Below, piece after piece: positions 13,422 to 22,769 of a DNA stretch of 64,000 nucleotides. Within the stretch, counting starts at the first letter, position 1, and every line of letters begins with the position of its first letter. The notes beneath the pieces are model-generated. The model worked only from the letters and a program-made list of their open reading frames with translations, was not told the origin of the DNA and ran no database searches. Made by a program: the position numbers and the translations under genes. Source of the stretch: Chiloscyllium plagiosum (taxonomy: Eukaryota); contig NC_057719.1 of NCBI RefSeq assembly GCF_004010195.1, forward strand, positions 53,166,523-53,230,522. Reading direction: 5' to 3'.

Positions 13422-13706
13422 ACATTAAGACACCTTCTGAAACACATTGTCAAGACTTCACCAACACTTAAGCAACACTTACTCTGTAAACTTAATGAGA
13501 AATTACCCAATAAAGGTCATTGCTATGCTATTTTGAGCCATCTGGAGAAAGTTCTTTGTCATCAGCATCTTACCAGGGATTCTGATTGGTCTGCAGGGGT
13601 AAGATGACAAGGCCAGGTAGAGCAGCATCAATTACAGCAGAGGATAGGGTCAGAAGCATTAGGAGGCTGTGTATTCCTTTCCCTTTATGACTACAGGGTA
13701 ACTCAC

Positions 13707-13859
13707 TTCCTCTGAGATTGCTGAGTAGGACCTTTGGGATGTATCCAAAAAACTATCTCCGTCAATCGATAAGCATTCTGTAATGTGTTGTTCAATACCA
13801 ACCATAGCAGTCAACACCTTCACCGGAATTGTGTATGATGAACCCACGCGTACCACTGT
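13707..13859 (-). CDS. Candidate internal exon of an unidentified gene (153 nt, phase 0/0; TVVRVGSSYTIPVKVLTAMVGIEQHITECLSIDGDSFLDTSQRSYSAISEE)
   Basis: Minus strand: CTAAT branch-like motif, TTCAG acceptor, GAA|GTGAGT donor, one open frame (other two have stops); weak pyrimidine tract; no homology recognised. Confidence 0.4.
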
Positions 13860-14199
13860 CTGAACGTTGCTTTAATTAGTGCTTGGGAGCAAAGTTGAAT
13901 AGTTTCTGCTTCAGGCCTGATAATCATGATAATTACAAAATAATTCAAAATGGCATGGTAATTCCAATCTTTCAAACAAGCATTTTTTCATGTGTCATTG
14001 GAGTAGCATGCTAGATATTGAGCTCTGCTATTCCCAGAATTACACATTTTAAATATTTTAACAAAGTATGCAAAAGTTTGGATTTCCCTCGTTGTTTGGA
14101 CACAGGCAAATGGAACATATGGAGCAGAGTTTCTGTACTTAACATGAATTGTTATTATTATTGTTAATAAATTCCAGCTACAAGTAACAACTAAAAGTA

Positions 14200-14462
14200 T
14201 CAACATGCAATTCTATCCCTCTATACACACAGATAATCACAGACAGATAAAACCATCAGTGTTATGGGTGGGTAGAGAAAATGACTACGGAAAAACTTCA
14301 ATGGCCTCTGTTCATAGGGTTCTCTGAGATGATCTTTTTTGCTTGCCAGCACTTCAATCTGTCTTCTCCAGATATTTTTCACCTCCTCGAAGCAAGTACA
14401 GACTAACTCGTTCACAAATGATAAAATTTCTGATTTATTGTTGAAAAGCAACAGCTTACAGC
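14200..14462 (-). mobile_element. Old LTR-like repeat, left part (host of the Gypsy insertion; continues at 20689-21230)
   Basis: Reverse complement AAAGATCATCTCAGAGAACCCTATGAACAGAGGCCATTGAA resembles AAGAACTATCTCAGCACATCCTGTGAACAGAGACCTCTGAA at ~33396-33436. Confidence 0.55.
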
Positions 14463-14578
14463 TATAGTGATTATAATATGATTAGCCAGGTGGATCTTAC
14501 AGAATATGTGTTCCCTGATTGGGACTGTTAATCTGGTCCACTCAGGGAGCCCTGGCTGACAGATATAAACAGGATTGT

Positions 14579-15327
14579 GTGGGCTCTCTACATGGGAGTC
14601 CTCCCCCTTTCTCTCAGGGATATGGGGTGGAGGGTGCTGTACGCAGCGGTCCCCTGCAACCGCAGATTGTGGTGGTTCACGGACTTCCAGCCCAACTGCT
14701 TGTTCTGTCGCGCTCTGGAGTCCGTGGACCATGTATATATTGGGTGTGGGCTTTTGCACTCCCTTTTCGATTTTCTTAAAAACCTCCTCCTCTGCTTTTG
14801 GCACTTCAGTCCCACGCTCCTGATCTTCGGGCATCCGGTACGGAGGAGGGAGGGCAGGTCTGAAGACCTCCTCGTGGGTCTGCTCCTGGGCCTGGCCAAA
14901 CTGGCCATCAACAGGTCGAGGCAGCGGGCCGTGGAGGGGGTTGTTAGGGCCGACTGCCTGCCCCTCTTCCGCGGTTACGTTAGAGCCCGGGTGTCCTTGG
15001 AGAAGGAGCACGCGGTGTCCACCAACCCCCTGGAGTTGTTCAGGGAGAGGTGGGCGCCGCAGGGAGTGGAGGGCATTATTTCCCCCCCAACTCTATTTTG
15101 ATTTAATCCCTGCCCTCCCCTTCACTGTTTGATCACACAGCATTGCCCTTTTGTGAAGGGCAGTGCTTGTCACTGGCCACCCGGGTGTTTTCCTATCTTC
15201 CTGGTGGTGGAAATTGAATAAAAGATTTGTGCACACCTGCACACACACACTATGGGTGCTGGGGAAAAAAATAAGCACTACCGCAGTTAGGCGGGAGTGT
15301 GGGGGTTAAATAATAATAAAAAAAAAA
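14579..15327 (+). mobile_element. Tx1/L1-clade non-LTR retrotransposon, 5'-truncated copy 1 (ORF2 C-terminal zinc-binding region, 3' UTR, poly-A)
   Basis: ORF 14577-15101 with GWRVLYAAVPCN..CLFCRALESVDHVYIGC (C-x2-C..H-x4-C) and LAKLAINRSRQ; AATAAA then A-tail 15308-15327. Confidence 0.88.
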
Positions 15328-15457
15328 GAACAAGAGTGTCAGAGATTCTGTTCACTCTGAAAGCTGCCTCTGAGGAAGCTGAATGTGCATGCATGTGCAA
15401 GGACACTCCTCCTTGAAGGTGTCAGAGGGGAAGGGGACAAAAAAAAAACAGGATTGT

Positions 15458-16237
15458 GAGGGCTCTCTATGCGGGAGTCCTCTCCTTTCTCTCGGGGATC
15501 TGGGGTGGAGGGTGCTGTACGCAGCGGTCCCCTGCAACTGCAGATTGCGGTGGTTCACGGGCTCCCAGCCCAACTGCTTGTTCTGTGGCGCTGTGGAGTC
15601 CGTGGACCACATTTATATTGGATGTGGGCATTTGCACTCACTTTTTGATTTTCTTAAAAACCTCCTCCTCTGCTTTTGGTTGCACTTCAGTCCCACGCTC
15701 CTGATCTTCGGGCACCCGGTACGGAGGAGGGAGGGCAGGTCTGAAGACCTCCTCGTGGGTCTGCTCCTGGGCCTGGCCAAACTGGCCATCAACAGGTCCA
15801 GGCAGCGGGCCGTGGAGGGGGTTGTTAGGGCCGACTGCCTGCCCCTCTTCTGCGGTTACGTTAGAGTCCGGGTGTCTCTAGAGAAGGAGCACGCAGTGTT
15901 CACCAACACCCTGGAGTTGTTCAGGCGCCACAGGGAGTGGAATGCATTATTTCCCCCTCCAACTCTATTTTGATTTAATCCCTGCCCTCCCTTCACTGTT
16001 TGATCACACAGCACTGCCCTTTGATGTGATGGACACTGCTTGTCACTAGCCACTCTGGTGTTTCTCTTCTTCCTGGTGGTGGAAATTTGAATAAAGATTC
16101 ATGCACCTTGTGTCTGTCACTGTGTCTCACACCTGCACCCACACAACATGGGTGCCGGGAGAAAAATAAGCACTATTGTAGTTAGGTGGTAGTGTGGGGG
16201 AGAAATAAAGAAAAAAAAGTCAGAAAAAATTAAATAA
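15458..16237 (+). mobile_element. Tx1/L1-clade LINE copy 2, 5'-truncated
   Basis: Same ORF2 segment (CLFCGAVESVDHIYIGC); flanked by AAACAGGATTGT at 15446-15457 and 16240-16251; A-rich tail. Confidence 0.88.
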
Positions 16238-16261
16238 ATAAACAGGATTGTATCCAGTCCA

Positions 16262-16648
16262 GTGTGGGGAGGGTAGGTCAGAGGATCTCCTCATGGGTCT
16301 GCTCCTGGGCCTAGCCAAAATGGCCATAAACAGGTCCAGTAAGCAGGCCTTGGTGGGGATTATTGCCTGCCTCTCTTCCGCGATTACGTTCTAGCCTGGG
16401 CGTCTCTGGGGAAGGAGCATGTGGTATCGAACAACTCCCTCGAACTGTTCTGGGAGAGGTGGGCACCACAGGGAATGGAGTGTTTCATTCCCCCTCCAAC
16501 TCTATTTTAATTTAATCCCTGCCCTCTCCTTCACTTTTTTGATCAAGCAGCATTGCCCTTTGATGAGAAGGGCACTGCTTGTCATTGGCCACTTGGGTGT
16601 TTCCTTTCTTCCTGGTGATGCAAATAAGAAAAAAGGGGGAAAAAACCC
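16262..16648 (+). mobile_element. Tx1/L1-clade LINE copy 3, shorter and more diverged
   Basis: GATCTCCTCATGGGTCTGCTCCTGGGCCTAGCCAAA and CCAACTCTATTTT match copies 1 and 2; LTR resumes at ~16650. Confidence 0.85.
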
Positions 16649-17081
16649 ACAAGTTTCAGAGGTTCTGAACACTCTGAGAGCTGCCTCTGAGGAAGCTGGA
16701 TCAGTGTCAAAGACTCTCCACATGTAAATAAAGGCTGACTTGGGGACCGATACCAGCCTCTGTGGAGTTATTTCAGTGTCAATGAGAGTGGGATTAATGA
16801 TGTAACCATGCAAAAGTGCCTACGAGCTGAAGCTCAACTGGACTTCAAACTGTAATTGGCTTTATCATTGGAAATGCGGCAAGTGGAGCATTGCAGGGTA
16901 TTCCATTGGAAGTGGACACCCTCGCCAGGCCGACTGAGCTTCAGGAATACCACTTGAGTGGAAGCAATTGCAGATCCTCACTTAGGACAGATCCTAAACA
17001 GAGGGGCTTTATGTCAGCTGAGAGCAAAACCCCAAACAAAGCCAAGCCTTGGCCAAATGATTAAAATTTACTTCAGTACCC

Positions 17082-18199
17082 ATGATTTGGATGTGCCAGT
17101 GTTAGAAAATGTACAAAGTTAAAAATCACACAACACCTGGTTATAGCCTAGCAGGAAACACTAGCTTTTAGAACTCTGCTCACTCATCAGGTGGTTGTGG
17201 AATATAAGATTGTAAGACACAGAATTTATAGCACACGTTTACAGTGTGATGTAACTGTAATTATAAATTGAAAAATACCTGGATTGTTTGTTAAGTCTCT
17301 CATCTTTTCGAATGACCATGTTGGTTTCAGTTCTTTCATATGTAAACCTCAGAACATCTTTTTAAAGTTACATTCTCAAGTGAACTTTAACAATAAGTGG
17401 CATGTCACCTCAGGTAATGCATTGAAGGTGTGAGGTGCCCTGTGTGAAGCTGGTTGTGCCCCAATGTGGACATTCAACCTCAGACCTTCAGGTGACCATC
17501 CTCCAAGGCGGACTTTGGGACAGGCAACAACATAAAGTGGCCGAGCAGAGGCTGATAGCCAAGTTTAGTATCCATGGGGATGGCCTCAACCGGGACCTTG
17601 GGTTCATGCCGCACTACACACACACATATACCTCTTTACACTCACACACAAACATGTATACACACTCTTTCACAGACCCTCATACCATTCTCCCCCCACC
17701 AACACACACACACCCACCCACCCACATGCACACATATAAGTTTGTGAGGTGAATTTGTACTTGCAGAATTACATTTTATTTTGATCAAAAACTGCATGAA
17801 TCCACGTAAGCTTCTGTAAATCCCGTTTTTAGATTAGAATCAGTCTGAACATTGAGGCACAGACAGCCTCACACAGGGCACCTCACCTTCAATGCATTAC
17901 CTGGGCCAACATGACACCTATTGGTAAAGTTCACTTGAGAATGTAAACTTTTAAAAAAATGCTCTGGGGTTTACATCTGAAAGAACTGAAACCAACATGG
18001 TCATTCTAAAAGATAAGAGACTTAACAAACAATCCAGGTCTTTTTCAATATATAATTAAGTTATATCACACTGTAAACTTTTATAAAAGTTTATAAACCT
18101 TATACTCCACAACCACCTGATGAAGGAGCAGAGCTCCAAAAGCTAATGCTTCCACATAAACTTGTTCGACTATAATTTGGTGTTATGTGATTTTTCAAC
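17082..18199 (+). mobile_element. Penelope-like element fragment with ~350-bp inverted pseudo-LTRs, nested in the Gypsy gag region
   Basis: 17118-17468 is the reverse complement of 17849-18199; core encodes a GIY-YIG C-terminus (DLQVTILQGG..KVAEQRLIAKF..GLNRDLGF); degenerate hammerhead core CTGATGA-AGGAGCAGAGCTCC-AAAA at 18117. Confidence 0.88.
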
Positions 18200-18364
18200 T
18201 TCATTATCCAGGCTGGCAAGGCATTGTAGTTGCTGCCTGTATGTGGACTTGAGACAGCAAAAGAGTCCCACTAGACCTTATAGGCTGGTATCCAGGAGAC
18301 TGCGCGTCCTGGAAAATCCATCTGCATCAGGTTTGAAACAGTTAAATTGCTTAGCAATATTCAA

Positions 18365-19720
18365 ATGAGAACCAATCAAAGTAAATGTCTGGTTAAATGG
18401 TGACCCAGTTCTAATGGAGATCACTACTGACATGGCCTCTTCAGTGGTCACAGATACAGGCTTGAACAAAATTTACTCTGGACTCCAACCCTTAAGTTGG
18501 CACAATGCCTTGGCTAGAGTGAGAACCTGCATCAGGGAACCTTTACAGATTAAGGGAATAACTTTGGTCCCAATCTCTTATGAAAAGCAGGTTGTTTAGT
18601 TACCACCGATGTAGTAAAAGGTGTGGGCCAAACCTTGATGGGGCAAAATGGGTGGAGAAGCATAGACTGGCTCAACATTATTTGATTAGAAAATGATTGT
18701 CTGAGTGAAATCCTAATTAAATACCTTGTCCAGGGACTATCAAAGGAGCTAAGGCCACTTTGCATATTGACTAGAAAGCAATTCCATGATCCTGCAAGGC
18801 CTGTCCAGCGTCATTTGCCTTGTGGGCAAAAATTGAGATAGAACTCTGAAAGCTGGCAGATGAAGTAATCATTAAACCAGTCCAGTTTACGGAATGGGCA
18901 GCACCAGTCACAACAATTGTGAAGCCCGATGGCTCGGTTGCCTTTCTGGGGATTTTAAATAAACAGTGAACTGCTTTTTACAGCTGGATAAATAGAGAAT
19001 CCTTCACATATGTCCAAAGCTGGTTGGGATGGGGGTCTGTCTTTCATGAAGTTAGACATTGTGGTTAGTTGAGGATTCCCAGAAGTGTGGTATAATTAAT
19101 ACTCATAAGGGTTTGTACCAATATATGAGACTGCCATTTGGAATATCATCACCCTGTCCAATTTTTCAGCTGATAACTGAGAACATTTTCTCTCTCAGGT
19201 TGCCTTTTCTCTAGATGACATGCTAATACAGGAAAGAGCAATAAGGAGTATTTAGAGAAGATGGAGATAGTCCTTAGATGTTTCTCCAAGGCAGACATAC
19301 TTTGGCTATAGGATCAACAAGACCGGTTACAACCATTGGAAGATAAAGTGAGAGCCATCAAAGTGCCCTGGCTCCCATGTCTGTTATGGAGCTTAGGACT
19401 TTCCTTGAGCTAGTGAAAGTTACATTACAGAAAGTCCATACAATGCCTGACCTCCATCCTGGCACCTTTGCATCAACTCTTTAAAAAGCGTCAGCCTTGG
19501 AAATAGTCATTTAGCCAAGCCATAACTTTCAGAGAAGTGAAGAAACAGCTATCATCCTCTAAGGTGTTGGCACACTATGATCCCAAGTTAAATCTGGTAT
19601 TGACATGCAATGCCTCAAATACAGCATTAGCTCATAGGTGGCTCGCTGTAGAGGAATGCCCAATATTATATGCCTCCAGGACTTTGGCTAATGCAGAGAA
19701 TAAATTGTCAAAGCAAGGTC
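18365..19720 (+). pseudogene. Gypsy pol remnant (protease, RT, RNase H), frameshifted; integrase core absent
   Basis: VWLNGDPVLMEI (protease); WAAPV..VKPDGS, YQYMRLPFGISS and LDDML (RT); LSSSKVLAHYDPKLNLVLTCNAS and PILYASRTLANAE (RNase H). Confidence 0.88.
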
Positions 19721-20227
19721 AGGGCTAATGAGGTATAAAGAAGGGTAGGTGTGACTGTCCTAAATAAGTGCATGCACCAAATGAAAACTGCAAACTCACA
19801 AAAACAGTGGGTGCTAAATATGATCGGCTTCTCAACTGCATTTCTGACGTGTGGGAACCTGTGGGTTCTCCCTTGCTATCAAGCGTTGAAGACACTTTGG
19901 AATCTGAGATGGACATGGCACATGTTGTTATCTCAATGCCTTTATTGTCTGAAGAGGAGAATGAATTTCTTGCAAGACACTTTGGGCACAGGAGGTGAGC
20001 TACTATGTATTCCACATCGCCCATGTCATAGGCAGAGTTAGAGGAATCTGGTGCTAAAATGCCTGAGGAGGGGCTACAAAAGTAAAGAACCAGCCTATGT
20101 CTCAGACTCAGAGGGGGTGGGATATAGTGATTATAATGTGGACCTCATAGAATATGACTTCCATGATTGGGGCTGTTAATCTGGTCCAATCAGGGAGCCC
20201 AGGCTCACAGATATAAACAAAAGTGTC

Positions 20228-20552
20228 TCCCTCCAACTCTATTTTGATTTAGTCCCTACCCTCCCCTTCACTGTTTTGATCACACAGCACTGCCCTTTGA
20301 TGTGAAGGGCAGTGTTTGTCACTGGCCACCCGGGTGTTTTCCTATCTTCCTGGTGGTGGAAATTGAATAAAGATTGGTGCACTTTGTGTCTTTCACTGTG
20401 TCTCACACCTGCACACACACACCATGGGTGCTGGGGGGAAAAAAATAAGCACTACCGCACTTAGTTGGTCGTGTGGGGGTAAAATTAAAAAAATATATAT
20501 ATAAACAGGAAAAAAAAACAGGAGATTTTTGATTTAGTCCCTAAAAAAAAAA
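20228..20552 (+). mobile_element. Tx1/L1-clade LINE copy 4 (end of ORF2 plus 3' UTR only) inserted in the 3' LTR
   Basis: Matches the 3' UTR of copy 1; perfect 15-bp TSD ATAAACAAAAGTGTC at 20213-20227 and 20553-20567. Confidence 0.92.
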
Positions 20553-20688
20553 ATAAACAAAAGTGTCAGAGGTTCTGTTCATTCTGAGGAAATTCGCTTT
20601 GAGGAAGCTGGATCAGTGTCAAGGACTCTCTATGTGTAAATAAAGGGGGACTTGGTGATAGGATACGGGCCTCTGTTTCGTTACTTCA

Positions 20689-21230
20689 ACAACAACTGAT
20701 GTGAGATGATAACTAGCTTCCTTCAGACTTCAGATATTTTATACTGCAGAGACACACGCTCCACCCCTTTCCAAAGATCTGAAGGATTCTGGCAATATTG
20801 TTCACATACAATAGTTGTTCAGTTGCCTGGGAGCCAACCGTATCGTTGTTAACGGGCAGATGGCATCCACAACTGGCTGCAACTTCAAAAAACAATCAGC
20901 TACTTGTTGCTGGCTGAATCCCATTTGTACATACCTTGGTGTTGGCCTGTCTGCAAACAGTCTCCCCTATTGGTTGAATAAACAGTGAGTCTCAGTCACC
21001 CACTTTTAAAAAGTGCATCAATTTGGCATATAAGGACAGCTCCATACTATCCATTATCCATTGGTCTGGCAGAAAGAGCAGTCCAAATTTTGAAGGCAGC
21101 CTTAAAGAAACAACCAAAATGTTCACATGATACCAAAGTGACCTGGTCCTATTTGATTTTAAGACCACCCCTCATACAACTAAAGTGTTAGCTTTTATTT
21201 AAACCAGTCCTTTTCCCATATCAGTGCACA
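20689..21230 (-). mobile_element. Old LTR-like repeat, right part (same family as ~32.5-33.9 kb)
   Basis: Reverse complement CAAGGTATGTACAAATGGGATTCAGCCAGCAACAAGTAGCTGATTG matches CAAGGCCATGTACAAATCGAGATTCAGCCAGCAACAATTAGCTGATTG at ~33082-33129. Confidence 0.6.
21000..21185 (+). pseudogene. Orphan Gypsy integrase core fragment
   Basis: IWHIRTAPYYPLSIGLAERAVQILKAALKK resembles the rve integrase motif (H..TAPYHP.SNGLAER.V). Confidence 0.82.
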
Positions 21231-22523
21231 ATCAAAAATACAGAAAAATGAAAAAGTGCAGTCTTTACAATGTCTTATTTTTTCACAGCCAATAGCACAT
21301 GTTTTCACCACATGAAAAAAATAATCACCACCTCTCTCTATTCTTTATTCAGAAAAATGCTATTTCTATTCATTCCAAATGTTTCTCCTTCAGGTAAAAT
21401 TGCAGCGGTTGTCTTTTGGTCCAACAAACTTCATTTTGGATATGACACTGTCCTCCCCACGGACAACAGCAAAGAATTATCTTGTCTGCACTTTTACAAC
21501 TATGAGTCATAAATTTTTATCGAGTAATCAATTCAGTTGTAGGATCTTTGCTGTCACAGTAGCCCTGGGAAACTCTGAGTGAGTTGCCTTCATCAAATGT
21601 TGTGTTACTTCTCAATAACCTTTGTTATTCTTTAGAGTACAAGTTAATATTGAGTTCTTCTTCACATTAATACTCAAGGGCTTTTCAACTTTTCAACTTG
21701 CAATATGTGATGGCATCTGTCTTATGACTTACTGATAAGTATTGCCTTAATAATATTTCCTCTCTTTCAATAAGCAGACCATGCAACCATGGCTGTCCTA
21801 TGCCACTTATTTGGCATGCAACATTCCTTCAAAAGTTGCACCTATTACATCAGGAGAAAGAGGCAGTCATTGGGTGAAGCAATTCAACAGTGGGCAAATT
21901 GCTGCAATGCAATCAGCTGACCATTTTTTTTTGACCCTTGGTGTGATGGAGGTGATGGTGAGATAGTTGGGAAGGTCACTTGTATTTCTGCTTATCTGTT
22001 AGTAATTATGCATTTCAGCTGGTCAATCCCAGTGATGGGAGGATGAGGGATAATGTGGGGAAGATGAATAGGAATAAATCCAAGGTACATGGAGCATTAG
22101 AGGAGGGGGTGGGAAAAATGTATTTGAGGTGAGTTATAAACTGAATTTGAGGCCCAGCTTATTTGCAAGTTTCTGAATTTCGATATTGCTTCCTCTGTCC
22201 CAGCAGCTAAACTCTGTTCTCTGTTGAAGAAATGTGTTTGACCTAAAAGTGGAGGCATGTGAGTGATCCAATGAGAAAGGAATGAAAGATAAGAAAATTT
22301 CAATCATTGCTTTCAGTGGATCCCTTTCTAGCTGGTACTGAGTAATTATTCAGTGCTAGTCCCCATGAGTTTCTATTTTGTGCTCCGCGCTAACACAACA
22401 GCTGTTGTTACTTTCCAGGGATCTCTGTGAAAAGATCTGTCTAGGTCATAAAGATGTACAGGGAAGAACACGCTATGATGATATTAAAATACATTAAGAA
22501 GCAAATTGCAGTACTTATCCTGA

Positions 22524-22769
22524 CCTCTTGAAGCATGGCTTCTTACTCTGTTACACAATGCCCTGACTGAGGCCTTGTGTAGATACACAACAGCTCCTTC
22601 CTCCAACAAGGCCTTCATGGAGCAGATGATAAGCTTCCTCAAGATAAAGTTCCAATGCTTGGACTGGTCTGGGTGATGGGGGAGTGGGGGCTTACAGAAC
22701 ACTACAGACTGAGTTTGCCATGTATTCCTAGCATATTGCGCTGTACAGAACTGGAGCAAGCTGAGGGGA
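22524..22769 (+). pseudogene. Harbinger (HARBI1-like DDE) transposase C-terminal remnant
   Basis: PLEAWLLTLLHNALTEALCRY..MEQMISFLKIKFQCLDWSG*..LQNTTD*VCHVFLAYCAVQN resembles the HARBI-type P..WL.TP..P.T.AE.RYN..IE...GLLK.RFRCLD.SGG.LQY..ACC.LHN pattern. Confidence 0.75.

Larger units (their letters stand above)
14463..20688 (+). mobile_element. Gypsy/Ty3 LTR retrotransposon, decayed provirus with two LTRs (14463-16775 and 20123-20688, both interrupted)
   Basis: Both LTRs start TATAGTGATTATAAT and end TTCA; flanks ACAGC/ACAAC (5-bp TSD, one mismatch); PBS-like GTGTCAATGAG after 16775; polypurine tract GAGGGGGTGGGA before 20123; pol remnants between. Confidence 0.9.

Noticed and set aside
14221..14451. 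Protein-like ORF (EEVKNIWRRQIEVLASKK)
   Set aside because: Lies in the old LTR-like repeat that matches ~33.4 kb
14412..15011. 199-aa minus-strand ORF
   Set aside because: Antisense shadow of the GC-rich Tx1 ORF2 fragment, running into LTR sequence
17118..18199. DNA transposon with long TIRs
   Set aside because: The interior is a Penelope GIY-YIG tail and the arms hold hammerhead-like cores, typical of inverted pseudo-LTRs
14463..20688. Idea that the LINE was inserted once and copied to both LTRs during Gypsy replication
   Set aside because: Inserts differ in number and length, and their TSDs reproduce LTR-specific variant bases, indicating separate later events
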